A stretch of 64,000 nt of DNA from Paraphysomonas bandaiensis (Eukaryota; Protista; Chrysophyceae). Shown one piece after another: positions 22,290-37,500 of the stretch (positions are counted from its first letter, which is position 1; the number at the start of each line of letters is the position of its first letter). Location of the stretch: NCBI GenBank assembly GCA_965644295.1, contig CBFFRP010000430.1:1-64000 (forward strand), read 5' to 3'. The notes under the pieces are model-generated. The model searched no databases. It had not been told where the DNA came from and saw only the letters and a list, made by a program, of their open reading frames with translations. The translations under genes were made by a program, and so were the position numbers.

Positions 22290-24914
22290 TCAAGAGGCCT
22301 CTCTCTCACGAGGAAGTGGCGGAAGCTTTTCCTTGCTCCAGGTACCATCAGCAGCAGACCCATGAGGGGTTGTTTTTTTGTGGTAGTGCGGAGCATTGGA
22401 TCTATTGTTCTTCTCCGCCACATTCCGGGTATCTTTGTTGCGGTGAGAAGTGTTTGCACCAGAAGGAGCAGACTTGCTCTCAACTGGCTTATTCTCAGTG
22501 GGTTTCTCTCCAGCAGGAGCAGTGCGGGAAGAAGCTTCTTTCTCTTTTGCTGCAGCCTCTTCAGCCTCCTTTTGTTTGAGGACCTATATACAGTAAATAT
22601 TAGCAAACATATTCAGACGACAGTCTACACCAAATTACAACATATTCATACGCCTCAAGTGGATCAATTGGAGTAAATTGAATAATCACAGTATTCATAA
22701 CAAAAGCAGTCATCATTAGCGTTGTAAGGGCGGGCATATATTTTGTAATACTTACATTGGCGAAGGTAGGTCTTCCACCCCAGCTCGACGGGGTGGCAGT
22801 TTGACCTTCAGAATTTCCACCCTGGGTCTATAAAAATATTATACAGCGGGCAGAATAAACGAGGACAACACAATAACATATATGAACCTTCAGACAGTAC
22901 GAATACATTTGCTTGACACACAGAGAAAACTCATAGTCAGCATATTGGTGGATCATCAGCAGGTCTTTTTCAGGGCGGCGACACACTTCTCAATGACTCA
23001 CCTTGTTGGACCCATCTTGACGCCTTCTATCACGTCCCTGGCCTTTTTCCTTCTTTTCTGTCTTGCGAGAAGAGTTTGACCCCTCCTCGCGGCGACCACT
23101 CTCAGTGGATGGCTTCTTCTTTCCGCCTTCGGTACGCTTTTCTCCACCAGAGGACGGTGCAGCAGTAGTATTTGACGCAGTAGCAGAACCGCCAGCTTTA
23201 TCTGCATTCTTTTTCGCAGCTGGAGGCTTAAACGCATCAGGAGCTCCTCCATTTTTTAGGACACCTACCCATGAACCGCCCTCGGACTTCTTACCCCCTT
23301 GTTGTTGTCCTTGGCCTTGCTGATAGTCTTCACCGTATAGCAGCGACCCGTAGTCAACGGCACCTGCAAGAATCGCCTCTCTTTGTACGGGACGACCTTG
23401 CTGCATTTGTTCCCGAGTTTCGTCGATGGAAAAAGTGCGTTGGCGCAACAGGAGGTCCGTGTTTGGTGTAACTGACATTGCAGCCGGGTGGTCTTCCTGA
23501 TATAAGGTTCGAACAATGTTAGTGGTATAATATATGAATGTAAAAAACGCACCGGCCGAATAGTATCTGGTAATATTGCCTCCTTTATACTCGTAACTAT
23601 TTGAATAATATCATCCATGGAATATTTGGTATACGGTCCCTGAAACCCCCGAGCTGGGATTGTGGTGGGGCTGCTAGGTGCACTGCCCACTTCTTCGGTT
23701 CCCTGCGGTGGCAGAGGAGGAAAGTCAGCAGAGGAATTAATCTCAATAGCAGGAGTGGCCTGTTGTTGGGACCCTCCTGTGCCTTGTCCATCCCGTCTCT
23801 CTCTACCATGCCCCTTGCCATGTCCCCCCTTCCGGTTACCATCCCTATCCCTGCCTTTTCCTCCTGACGGCCCTCCATGGCTGTTTGACCTTCTGTCTCT
23901 GCGCGGAGAGCCTTCGCCATCGTTTCCATGGTTTTTATCATGGTAGCGCCCACCGCTGCGGGAATTTGGTGAGGACTTTTCACCATCACTATGCTGTCTA
24001 TTCTGTCTTCTGTTATCTCGACTTCCGTCAGGTCCCTGCTGACTTGCAGATCCCGGTCCATACCCGAACGGCCCACCACCTACTCCATCAGCCTGCATGT
24101 TCCCAGCCGCGTAAGGCGCGAAAGGCATACCAGGGTAAGCACCCATAGGGCCACCCATTGGTCCGGGAGTAGAGTAGTATGAACGTACCACAGCCTCGGA
24201 CTTGAGACGTGCTTTCACAGGAGCTCCATCGAAAGTGCGTTTCTTTAGCTTCAGATCCATGAGAGTATCTTTTGCATCCTCTTCAGATTCCATAGTAATA
24301 AACCTGTACACTAAATAAACCGAATATAACTATATCAAACGTTTAAATTTGCCGCACCATGTATCCCCAATCTCGCTCCTAACACTTGCGATGGGCTTGC
24401 ATCCAGGAAAAGAGAATATCTCTTTGACCTTCTCTTCGGGGGCATCGGAAGGAATTTCCCGCAATATAATTGTTGATCGCCCACTTTTTGCAAGCGTTTT
24501 GATTCTACCATCCGCGTAACTAACACTTGACGAATTCTGCAGGGCCTCAATAACTAAGTTCTCATCCTGAGTGAGGGCCCGAAGCTTCGCGAACTGCAAA
24601 AACATATATAACTGACACAGTCGTGTATACCTCATCGACTCTTACCGACATAACAGTAGCAAGTGGAACTGAGTTCTGAGAATCCATTTGAGATAAAAGG
24701 AATGTATCGCTTCTCAAGTTATCTTTGCTAAAGTAATATTCTATTTGATTGCGTACAGCTACGAGGAGTTGCTCTGGATCTATAAGTGTATGTATATATA
24801 TGTATGTATATATTAACAACCATATGAAACATATCGCATGATAAAACACATACCCATCTCTGTCTTTGCTTGAGGAGATGTTGTATTGGAGCTCGATGAA
24901 TGGTCAGTGGCCAT
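22290..24914 (-). CDS. La-related RNA-binding protein (LARP4-like), multi-exon
   Basis: La motif QIEYYFSKDNLRSDTFL followed by RRM-like IILREIP..WFITMESEEDA..VKARLK and low-complexity tail. Internal exon boundaries approximate. Confidence 0.85.
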
Positions 24915-25615
24915 GTCCTATAGAAGTAATGAATGACTGGTTTCTATATACATATATCTACATACAGCAGCGATCTCTGTCATAGTTCTACAGAGATGAT
25001 GAATAGATAACAGTTGAAGGGATAAACTACACACAATATATAATTAACTCAATAGTATAGTCGAGTTAATTGCCTGTTAATAGAATAGAGTTCTAGTTCT
25101 TTGAATAGTTTAGTATTCCATCTCGCCTCCTGTCCTCTCCTCACCTCGAATGGTGTGTATGTGTATGGTGTGTGGTGTATGGTGTGTATGTGTATGGTTA
25201 GTAGTGTATGGTTTGTAGGGTAGTTGTGTCCAGTACTGTTAAACTTTCAGTCCCACACACCTCATTGGCTCACATTCCCACCATCAATATAATTGAAGTT
25301 TTTTTTTTCTTTTTTCCTCCACACAATATATGGACTTGGAGTGTATCTTCAAATGATTTTCAGTTTTTTATGGACCTCAGATTATTCTAGATAGATTTAT
25401 GTATTTTGGAGGGTATTCCAGATGTATTCCTTATAATACAGCAGAGGTGCAGGTACGAGAAGAAGTACTGCTCTATACCGGTATATAAGTACGTACTGTA
25501 CTGCTCTATGTGCATACTGCTACTCTACTGCTGTACTTATGTATGTATATGTGAGTCCATGTCTCTCATATAGTATCATATATATATATATTAACCCTCT
25601 TGTACTACATGTAAC

Positions 25616-27799
25616 ATGACAAGATCAACATCTACCATCACCCTATGCCTATTCTCTCTACTGGCATGTGTGTCTTCATCAGGATGTCCTTATTTAGCCT
25701 CTCTTAAGACCACATCATCTCATACACTCACATCTCCTCATACACACCCACATCACCGTCAATTAACCCCATCAGAAGAAGATCAATACATCACTGCTCT
25801 CAAATCTCTTCCTCTTGATTCCGTTAAGGCTGATATTAAGGAGTTGTTACATACCTCTCAAGATTTTTGGCCTTCTGACTATGATAATTATGGTCCATTC
25901 TTTATACGACTCGCATGGCACTGTTCGGGTTCTTACAGGACCTCAGATGGACGAGGTGGTTGTGACGGAGGCAGACAACGCTTCGAACCCGAGCAATCGT
26001 GGGAAGATAACACCAATCTGGATAAAGCGCGACATTTGTTGTGGCCAGTGAAAGAGAAATATGGCTTGGGCCTCTCCTGGGGCGATCTATTTATATTGGC
26101 TGGAACGGTGGCAATTGAAGATATGGGCGGACCTGTTCTAGGCTTTTGTGCTGGTCGTCGTGATGATCCTGACGGAAGTGCGTCTTTGCCTCTTGGTCCC
26201 ACTGCGGAGCAGGAGGAGAATTACCCGTGTGAGGTACCTGGTGATTGCAAGGAGCCGCTGGGCACAACGACAATAGGTCTTATATACGTGAACCCAGAGG
26301 GACCACAAGGTCGACCTGTGCCTGAAGGGTCGGCACCGCAGGTGAGAGATACATTTGCTCGAATGGGTATGAACGACACTGAGACCGTGGCACTTATCGG
26401 GGGGGGACATTCCTTCGGAAAGACTCATGGAGCCTGCCCTGATGGCGCTGGTCCCTCTCCTGCAGAGGATCCAGAGAATCCGTGGCCAGGCAATTGTGGC
26501 ACAGGTAAGGGTAATGATACGTATACAAGTGGGTTTGAAGGACCTTGGACAACTGAGCCAACGCGGTGGGACAATGGATTCTTTGTGAATCTGTTGCAGT
26601 ACGAGTGGGAGGCCGTGATTGGTCCTGGAGGCCATTATCAGTGGAGGCCTGATCCCCGCAAACATCCCGATGCTCCTGCTATTATGATGCTTACGAGTGA
26701 TATCAGTCTCACTGTCGACAGTGTTTTTCTGGATATTGTGAAGCGTTTCGCAAATGATCAAGAAGAGTTTGAGAGACAATTTTCTCATGCTTGGTACAAG
26801 CTCACCACTCGGGATATGGGTCCTGTAACTCGTTGCATTGGAAGTGATGTTCCGCCAGCCCAACCCTTTCAGTATCCTCTCCCTCCTCCACCCAACCCGC
26901 TACCAGACTTCGATCAAGTTCGCGAAGACCTGTTACATGTTATTCATACTCCACAGGATGCTATTCTTCCCCAGGATGCCAGCGGGACTTATGCCCCCCT
27001 CTTTGTGCGACTTGCATGGCAATGTGCTAGCACTTTCAGGTCGACCGACTATATGGGCGGGTGCTCCGGAGCACGTATAAGGTTTGAGCCGGAGAAGAGT
27101 TGGCCGGCCAATGCAGCACTGGACTCTGCGCTCAAGCTGCTAGAGGGAGTGAAGAACCGTTATGGAGACTCACTTTCCTGGGCTGACCTTATCGTACTAG
27201 CTGGCTCCGTGTCTTTGGAAGATTCCGCTCGATCTCATGACCTCTCTGTTCCATTTACAGGTGGTAGGCCTGATGCAGTGGAAGGAAAGGGACTGCCGAC
27301 GCCAGATTATCTTGAAGGGCGTCTATCCGGTGGAGCGGAGGATGACACCGTAGCAGAAATGCGAGATGTGATGGAGGTAATGGGCCTCACCCCAAGGGAG
27401 TGGGTAGCACTGATTGGTGGCGGACACTCGCTGGGTGAAATGCATAGAGACAGAAGTGGATTCCGGGATGGAAGCTGGACCACACAGCCTGCCACTCTAG
27501 ATAATGAGTGGTTTATTAATCTACTAGATCTGGAATGGGAGGAGGTTAAGACTGAGCAGGAAGATCAAGTGGAGTATCAGAGTATCACATCTACAGGCAG
27601 GGTTCTTTACATGCTTAAGACAGATATGCTGATACTCTTTGACCCAGAATATAAGGTACACGATGTTATGCCCACTTGAAAGCCCATGTTAATGTGTGAT
27701 ATTCAGGCCATCGCTCAAGAGTACGCCCAGAACGAAACCGCATTCCTTAATGAGTTTATTATGGCTTGGGTGAAAGTCATGAATGCGGATATGTTTTAA
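25616..27799 (+). CDS. katG: Catalase-peroxidase with N-terminal signal peptide
   Basis: RLAWH, GLIYVNPEG, FARMGM and GGHSFGKTH motifs; duplicated C-terminal domain. One intron ~27656-27707, ending KVMNADMF*. Confidence 0.95.
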
Positions 27800-28389
27800 G
27801 CTTTATTCCAAGTAATATCGGGATCCTTTTGTAGGAATACACCAAGCAGGTTGACATATGATAGAAAATATGCATTCTGTCCTCTTTTATTCTTCATGGA
27901 ACCTGTTTAATTGTTGGAAGGAATGTGAAAAGTGAAAGAATAGTATTAAATTCATGCTAAGATCATTGCAAGTTGCACCAAATACGTTGGTAATAAGAAA
28001 CTACGTATGCATAAGTACTTATTGTGAACAAAGACCTAAACATAGTTATGCAGCTCTGCTGCCACATTCTATTGAATATTGACATAGGGAGAACTTTCAA
28101 AGCAAGAATCAATTCATTCTATAATTCTACCCTCTAACGACCTAAATGGCAAAATTGGTCATATTTTTGGAAAAATGTGTGAATACTATTACACTCTACA
28201 TTTATGTAACAGAGAATAGTTCGGAAATAGAACTTTCGACGTGGTGAATCCAATGGAAAACTTCGTATGGAACAATTTTCGTAGTTTCGTGTTACATATA
28301 TAGTGCTTACTTTTATGGTGTAAAATCGTTGCAGCTGAATCAACATTGCAAGTAATAATATATAAATGAATAATTTCTATCAATTCGTG

Positions 28390-30207
28390 TTAACTAGATA
28401 TCATCGCGGCATAAATGTCAGTCATTCGCTTCTCAAGATCGTCGCAACTAGCTCCTACAGATAACTCCTCCATTTTGTTGAGAAGAATGGTTGCATCTTT
28501 CTCCGAGATACCTTCTATAGGGAAGGCAGAGTCCATCACCTCCGGCGAGTGAAGCATCCTGCTCGCTTCAAAGGAGGCTTCCACTCGTGAAGTTGTACGG
28601 GACACCATTTCTCGCTCGAAAAGTTGAACTTTTTTCTCTATACCTACCGATTTATACTTCCCTGTAGAAATATATTAGCCACTGTAAGCGGTTGGCCATA
28701 CCAAGGTTTTCCTCACCTCCTTTCGCCAGCCACGACGCCAGTAGCGGGGCATCTTGTAGTGCCTGGTTCGCACCCTGTCCTTTGAACATTGACATTGGGT
28801 GACAAGCATCTCCAAGGACAGTTACGCAATCCATGGCGACAGTGGGGGATGCCTTCGGCTTGTGCCTCGTGCGTCTGCCCCCCCGTCTTAGGCGCATGGG
28901 TGGCCTGTCGAATAATGGAGTTGCCCAGACCTCTCCTTCATCTGTGAGTTCTATCATCTCCCTCACTGGATCCAGCCAACCTGTACTACACCGGTCACGC
29001 CACTAAATAAGTCTCATTGCAAACCCACCTAAGGTCTTAATGTGGGCCTCTGACAATTGGGCTCGTGGGCCTGCTCCCTTCAACAGCAAAGCTTCGCCTA
29101 TACACCTTCAAATGAGCTGCTTGCACATATATTACGGCAAGAAAAATGACTCACCCAGGCTTAGGCCCGAGAAAGACAGCTGCCACATGCACCGCTCTGC
29201 TGTACCGTCCGGATTGGTCGAAAATGGCATAGTGAACAACCGGTGAGTTCCGTCCAGTACGTAGAAGCCCTGTCCATCAAGCAGTGGATGGGAGCAGCGG
29301 CTGATACCTATAATAACAGACACACCAATATATCGCAACTCCTCTCCTGTCCCTCCAACAGCTTCGTCTCTGTATCGTCGAACACGGGACCTCAGTCCAT
29401 CGGCCCCAACAATGACATCCCCCACTGCATAGGTACCATCCTTGAAGTGTGCCCGCAAATTTCTAGGGTCTCCATTTGGAGAGGCTTCGCACCCAGTAAA
29501 TGGTTTTCCCCACACAACTGTTCCGGGTTGTAAACGATCCAATAGCATTTCACGAATACGTTGGCGGGGTATACGTAGGTTTCCTGTGCGTTGGCACTCC
29601 TGCGACCCCGTGTTTTGCTTCCCTTTAAAGGCCCTCCCATAATAGCCAATCACTTTTCCCTGGTCACAATTACAAAAGATAATAAAAAACAAAAAACAAC
29701 TTACTTCAGGTGTGAATACCCAGTGGCATCGGGATGCGCAGTCTTCCTGAATACACTTATCTAGAATACCAAGTTTTGAAAGTGGTCCATTCATATTCCT
29801 GGACAAAGTGAGCCCGAAACCCTGTCGTCTATCCTCGAAACGTTTGTCACGCTCATATACAACACATTCAATTCCTTCCATTTGCAATGCCACAGCAGTA
29901 GCCAGTCCACCTGATGCATAGTCATACATAACAGAACCACTGCAGAGATAACCATACCGATCCCTGCACCAATAACCACTACTTTAAGATCTTTGTTTCC
30001 GTCATCAGATGAGTCTTTCTGAATAGGTAGAGGGTCTGATTCAGTGGATGAGAGTTGATCTGATTCAGTGGATGAGGTGAGACTGTTATCAGATGAATGA
30101 GATGATCGCTCATATGACAATACAGCAGATCGATAAAACAACACGCTCCAAAGAACAGATACAGAAACAAACAACAATGCACCACTAGAATCACTCAGAT
30201 GATCCAT
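28390..30207 (-). CDS. FAD-dependent monooxygenase (group A flavoprotein hydroxylase), multi-exon
   Basis: VVVIGAGIG|GL, VIVGADG and LGDACHPMSMFKGQGANQALQDA motifs; N-terminal TM segment. Confidence 0.88.
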
Positions 30208-30280
30208 GATGCAAAACCCTAAAGGTTCACTAAACTGTGAGGTCGTCCCGTGAACTGAGCAATGGCCAACAACGGTCCTC

Positions 30281-30363
30281 ACATACATACATACATACAT
30301 ACATACATACATACATACATACATACATACATACATACATACATACATACATACATACATACA

Positions 30364-30397
<34 letters not shown>

Positions 30398-30767
30398 CAT
30401 ACATACATACATACATACATACATACATACATACATACATACATACATACATACATACATACATACATACATACATACATACATACATACATACATACAT
30501 ACATACATACATACATACATACATACATACATACATACATACATACATACATACATACATACATACATACATACATACATACATACATACATACATACAT
30601 ACATACATACATACATACATACATACATACATACATACATACATACATACATACATACATACATACATACATACATACATACATACATACATACATACAT
30701 ACATACATACATACATACATACATACATACATACATACATACATACATACATACATACATACATACA

Positions 30768-30796
<29 letters not shown>
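30281..30796. repeat. (TACA)n microsatellite, ~515 bp
   Basis: Direct observation; lies between divergent genes. Confidence 0.98.
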
Positions 30797-30798
<2 letters not shown>

Positions 30799-30910
30799 GC
30801 CTGCTGTTGTATCTGGGCTCTGTACACATATGCATACAGCAGAATGTACAGCTGACATATTTGTGCATGATGCATATATCTGTGGCAGTGATTTAGAAAC
30901 AAGAGTCTTG

Positions 30911-31732
30911 ATGGTAGGATTTGAAGGATTCATTGCAGGCTTTGCCTATGGGTTGACAACAGTCGCTGGTAATGTTTGAGTGTGTTGATTGTTATGTAAC
31001 GGTGCCATGATTGCAGTTGGGCAGCCTTTGGATACTGTGAAGACTAGAATGCAAGCGCTTGGGTCTAGATCAGCGATTTCTACTGCCACTGAGATATTCA
31101 GGAAAGAGGGGTTGAAAGGGTTGTATCGTGGAGGGGTTCCTTTAGTGTTGGGCGGAGGTTTGATGAGATCTGCTCAGTTCGGCGTGTATGAACAATCCTT
31201 GCACTTTCTGCGGGAGTATTTAGGGGGAGCACCTAAAGCAGATGAGAGATTGTTCGGTGTACTGGATATGCAAGTTGTACTTGCAGGGTTTCTAGGAGGA
31301 GTTGGTCGGGGGGTCGTTGAAGGCCCTTTTGAGTTTATTAAGGTTCGTCGTCAAGTTCAGGCTTCCTGGACTCCTCGTGAGCTCTTAAGTGGATCGGGTG
31401 CTACAATACTACGCAACTCTTTTCTGTTCAGTGGATTTATGATATATGTCGACATCAGCAAGCAAGTTATAGATGGTGGTTTAGGTCCTTTTTTAACGGG
31501 TGCGGTGTGTGCCAATATGGCGTGGCTTACGATATGGCCTCTAGATGTAGCGAAAAGTCAACTTCAGTCCGGGAACTATCATGGGAAAAAATTCTCTGTT
31601 CTTGTGAGGGATGTTATTTCTTCTGGTGCACTCTATCGTGGTATTCTTCCTGGGTTAATGAGATCCACAATTGCAAATGGAATATCAATGGTTGTGTACA
31701 AGAAGGTAGAAGCCTTCCTAAAACAAACTTAG
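30911..31732 (+). CDS. Mitochondrial carrier (SLC25) family protein
   Basis: Three PX[DE]XX[KR] signatures (PLDTVK, PFEFIK, PLDVAK); intron ~30969-31016. Confidence 0.92.
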
Positions 31733-32435
31733 TCATTGATAGTAGTTGTATTTTTTGTTGATACGTCGTTATTGATAAGTAAATGTAATATTCGTCTACT
31801 TGTGCTATGCCTCATTAGCGAATTTGCTCAGGCGAGAGAGAATACATACTTTAAGTCCCATTATCTTGGAATAGCTACCGCTTGGAATAGTGAATTGCAT
31901 ATAGTTGATTGTAATGTAATAAGCATAAACCATGCGCTGTCACTCAGTATAGATGAATTGGAAATGGACTTATCTTGTCTGCTATCTCTTGCACACAGCA
32001 ATACTTATTACATGCCTTCATAATTCATAACATGTGTAATAAAATAGAAAACATAGAAAAACAATGCGTGTAGGAGTAAGCAGCATTATACACTTATTAT
32101 ACACTTAGTCTAGCTAATCTTAAATCAACACAACGCTATTACATACACATACACATGCATGCGTTTGCTGCAAATTAACGACAAATCTTGAGCATATATA
32201 AATCTCATAAATCTCACCTAATCTTATAGTTCATTACAGTACCATCTAGTTCTCATTATTGCTTGCGCATGTAACAGAAAAGCAATAACTGTACATACAT
32301 ATACATATATAACAATGTAGCGATAAAGTATTACGCACTTGTGCTTGGTTCCAAAGAGTACAACGATAATCATCAAATTAATATGGGTACTTATTACTTA
32401 TAGTTTTGTAGAACACACAATCAAAAAACGATATT

Positions 32436-33365
32436 CTACCAAATCAAAGGACATATTCGCCACCAGCTCTTAGGAATTCTATCTCTAAATTTGTTTTTGT
32501 ACCACGTCAAATTCCGATCGGACACAACGGCAAGGTTAGTAGTAACCCATGCAAGCAGCAACCACATGGATGGACTACATGGCAGCATCATTGCAAGGCA
32601 AAGATATATAAGGATCTCACAAGAATAGTGAGGGCAACACACATAGCGGAACCAGGATGATGAAGGCAAAGAATAACGGGTCGCTACAGATGGGGCGGAC
32701 GCTTTGAGACGATATAGAATGAGGTGCGCTTGATACTGGTAGCAGTTAGCGGTAAAGTAGAGAGAGAATAAAATCACGCGCAATACAGATTCCGATGTGC
32801 CTGATAATAGATATAATTGACACGACCTACTGCGGGAGATACAAAATGGCACTGCTATGTAGTGCACTAAACCGGCAACATAACCACCGACGTGCATCTT
32901 CGACTCCCCGTAGAGTGTAATCCAAGCTGATTCCACAAGTCTTCTAAACACATGAGCTGTCCACATTACCAAACACAGCGTCACACTATTGCCCATATTA
33001 CGAAAAAACAAAACTTTCGTATCCATAATGATTACAGCTACAGATACGACGCATCCAACTGCATATAAGTGAATGAAATATGATTTCGGAACTTGTAAGT
33101 TCTGCAAATATGATAACAAGAAAAATGACGATCTCTCTGATGATACATATCCGTGTTTTCCGTGAGATCCAATTCTATTGAGCTGAGGTACAAAAGCTGT
33201 CAAGAGTGCCCCAGTTAAGAGCAGCAGCCACAGAATACAACACAACAACTCCGAATAAGGTCCTATGAGTGCAAGAAGAACTTGAATACGCATCTTCATA
33301 GTCCTCCAAGCAATACACAGGAGCAACACCAACAGGAGCAAGTAGAAGTAGATGACCGCAGACAC
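32436..33365 (-). CDS. Polyprenol reductase / steroid 5-alpha-reductase family (SRD5A3/DFG10-like)
   Basis: VPKSYFIHLY, HVFRRLVES and WFRYVCCPHYSCEILIY motifs. Track start is GTG; first ATG is at 33299. Confidence 0.88.
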   Translation of the reverse strand: MSAVIYFYLLLLVLLLCIAWRTMKMRIQVLLALIGPYSELLCCILWLLLLTGALLTAFVPQLNRIGSHGKHGYVSSERSSFFLLSYLQNLQVPKSYFIHLYAVGCVVSVAVIIMDTKVLFFRNMGNSVTLCLVMWTAHVFRRLVESAWITLYGESKMHVGGYVAGLVHYIAVPFCISRSRSCQLYLLSGTSESVLRVILFSLYFTANCYQYQAHLILYRLKASAPSVATRYSLPSSSWFRYVCCPHYSCEILIYLCLAMMLPCSPSMWLLLAWVTTNLAVVSDRNLTWYKNKFRDRIPKSWWRICPLIW

Positions 33366-33412
33366 CTACAACCAAAACCACATACCCATAATTCAATCCT
33401 ACGATCTTAAAA

Positions 33413-34394
33413 CACACATACATACATACATACATACATACATACATACATACATACATACATACATACATACATACATACATACATACATACATACATA
33501 CATACATACATACATACATACATACATACATACATACATACATACATACATACATACATACATACATACATACATACATACATACATACATACATACATA
33601 CATACATACATACATACATACATACATACATACATACATACATACATACATACATACATACATACATACATACATACATACATACATACATACATACATA
33701 CATACATACATACATACATACATACATACATACATACATACATACATACATACATACATACATACATACATACATACATACATACATACATACATACATA
33801 CATACATACATACATACATACATACATACATACATACATACATACATACATACATACATACATACATACATACATACATACATACATACATACATACATA
33901 CATACATACATACATACATACATACATACATACATACATACATACATACATACATACATACATACATACATACATACATACATACATACATACATACATA
34001 CATACATACATACATACATACATACATACATACATACATACATACATACATACATACATACATACATACATACATACATACATACATACATACATACATA
34101 CATACATACATACATACATACATACATACATACATACATACATACATACATACATACATACATACATACATACATACATACATACATACATACATACATA
34201 CATACATACATACATACATACATACATACATACATACATACATACATACATACATACATACATACATACATACATACATACATGACATACATACATACAT
34301 ACATACATACATACATACATACATACATACATACATACATACATACATACATACATACATACATCCATACATCCATACATACATACATACATAC
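33413..34394. repeat. (TACA)n microsatellite, ~980 bp
   Basis: Direct observation; lies between divergent genes. Confidence 0.98.
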
Positions 34395-34561
34395 GTATGT
34401 ACCGTATTCCTCAGATATTCTTATACTGGACATCAATTGGAAGTATGTGTTCTGCACATATCGGATCTGCAGGGGATACTGCATCTCTGTATGTATATGT
34501 ACAGGTCCATGTGCGTATCTATTGCTACCTGAGTATAGCTTGCTCATATTAATATGCTACC

Positions 34562-37500
34562 ATGTCTATGATACGAACATCTTTTCTTGTCATACTATTA
34601 GTCACATATGTCCAGTGTGATGTGGTTATTATCTGCACATCAGATGGGCTCTTACATGCTTACAGTACGAGTCCTCTGAAGCCCCTATGGATATACGATA
34701 CAGGTCGACCTATCGTCTCTCTTAACAAGGTAACTATACACGTATCTCTATGTGTTTATCTCTCATGTGGCTTATGTAGTATGGGAATACGTCTCGTGCA
34801 TACAGTGTTGTGCCGTCTATAGATGGGAGGTTAGTATATCACGGCTTAAATGGCACTTATGCAACGCCTATAAAGGCATCTTATTTAGCTGCGAATATGC
34901 CATTTGAGTCAGTTGATGGATTGATGTTTTATGGACAAAAAGAGAACTCAAGAAAGCTTGCACTTTCTGTGGAAACAGGAGCCGCTGTGAACAGTATGAG
35001 TGCTGATAATCACGAGCATTCTCTCACTGTCGTTATCAATTTTAAGGAATATGTCATTCACGCTTATGATTCAATTTATGGTACACAGGAGGTATAATTA
35101 GGATATCATGTTAGACTTATCACCTCAATGTAACGTTCTTGTTTTCTGCAGTTCACGATCATATTCAGCGAGGTTTCGTCAGAGAGCATTATTTATAGCC
35201 CAGTTTATTCTTTCGATCAGATAGAGATTGGTCCTGTTGGGTAAAGGAGAAAATATTTTTCTGAAACTGTATAAAGTGAATATGGCAGGCTACAATGCTC
35301 CCTAGATGGTGAATCCCATATCGTTTATAGTAATGGTAATTAGTGGTGGCACTGTTTCAGTGAAATCATTGACACCGCTAATAGGGGAGATATCTGAAGC
35401 CCTTGCGTTTGGTTCTTGGCCAGTGTACGCTTTTCGAGTTGCGACACCTATGTCATTTGGTAAGGAGACGAGTGATGAGTCTGATATTTCGCGGAATCCA
35501 GTAACACTCACTGCTCCTTTTTATCTTCCCACATCACTTGATGATGAAATATGTCCCCTACGCACACTAGGTATTCAATATGGCCCCTCTGCAATCCAAG
35601 ATACTTTCAGTCATATAGTGGTATGTGCTTGGCTTGATATGATTCTACTGTTCGTACTAAACATAGAACCAGGAGGATACCACACTCCATGATAATCACT
35701 CTGACATATCTTCCAATAGCACAATATTTTTTACGCACTACTCTACCGGTGGAATGTGTGCGCTATGCATGGATTCGATCGTTGACGATTCCTCCACTGT
35801 GACCGAAAGTATGACAGACTTATTTAATAAAGAGTTTTGTGATATAATTGTACCGTATGGTCTCGGCTCCAGTGAATCGAATGCTAATATATGTGATGCT
35901 CCTGTCAGATTGAATCTGCTTACCCCCATTGCCGCGATTGCTTGTGGGATTGTAGTTTCGGTAACTTTAATACACTTCTTGGTAAGTATTACTTCAGTTC
36001 AGGTTATTGTTTCGCGCAACAATATTCTTGGCAAGGGAGAGTTTGGAGTCGTTGTATATGAAGGTACCTTCCGCTACGGTAGAATCCGTCATGAACAAAC
36101 AGTAGCAGTAAAGGTGTATCCGTCGCAATTACTCGCTTATGTGGAGAGGTATGCATAAATTGGTTCATTGACACTTATGGAATGCTATGTGTTTGTAGAG
36201 AGGTCGGTATACTACTGGCTCTCCAGGAAAGAGGGTGGCACAAAAATATTGTCCGTTTCCATCATTATATGACACAGGAAGTATGTCATTTGGTAGTTCT
36301 TGAACTGTGTGGTAAATCCTTGTGGTACGTGAGTGCCTGTGTCATGGTATGCGAGTAATGCACAGTATATCAGGGATTACCTAGGGGAAAGTAAATGGTC
36401 TTCCGTGTTCAGCGCTGATGATATACGAAGCATTCTAGCCCAGGTGAATATTGAATGCTCGCACATTAATAGTGTATTGTTACTATCATTAAGATTTCAG
36501 ATGGTCTCTCTTACATGCACAAGAAGTCCATAGCTCACCTTGACTTGAACCCCCGTAATGTACTGTTGTTTGAAGAAACTGCTAATAGTGACAAGAAATT
36601 ATATTGCCCGAAAATATGTGATATGGGAATCAGTCGTAAAGTTGACGGTGACAGTTTGGATGGAAAGCTTTCTGAAGAGGAACTGAATATTCTTCGGCAA
36701 AAGTCTGTGATCACTTTGTCGTTTTATAGTATGAAAGACAACGGTACTCCTAGTGAAGAACCGTATAAATCTCCATTTAAATGGGATATTTGTTGTTTGG
36801 GGTATTTGTTTCACTTTGCAATTGTGGACAAACTTTCCTCCGAAAATAATATCAGCCGACGGTTGGAAGCTAAGGACATAATAAATCGTATGCTTTGTCA
36901 AGATCGGAAGAGTCGGCTGACTGCAGATCAAGTTTGCAATCATCCTTATTTATGGAGCTGTTCACGACGACTTAAGTTTATTATAGATATTGCTGAACGA
37001 ATTAGTGTGAGTATTGAAAATGGAGAACTATTCCATAAACTTGTTGACTCTGTGCTAACCAAAGAAGAGAAGCCACTCTGTGGGAAAAATTGGCCGGAAA
37101 AGGTAGATTATGCAAGCGGCGATGGCGTGAATTGCAACTCTACTTGTGCCTTAATTCGTTTTATTCGAAACAAATGGGTACACCGCACGGATTCACCAAC
37201 AGAAGCTCTTAAGGGGTTACGGACGGAAGAGATTTATGTAACATATTTTGAAGATCGTTTTCCTGATGTAATGATGAACATTGTAGTACTTGCAATGCGA
37301 TTTTTGTCATCGAAAGAGTATATTCAATACTGTTCTTTTGAATCGGAGGTGTATAAGGGCTGGGACTTATGTACATTGTCGACTATCGCTGTAGGAGATA
37401 TTGATCAGGAGTCTTTGAGCAATATTATCGGTAATGCTGAAATTAAAAGAGAAGGTTCTCCACAAAAACCACAACATCATCCGAGTCGTCGGAAGAGAAA

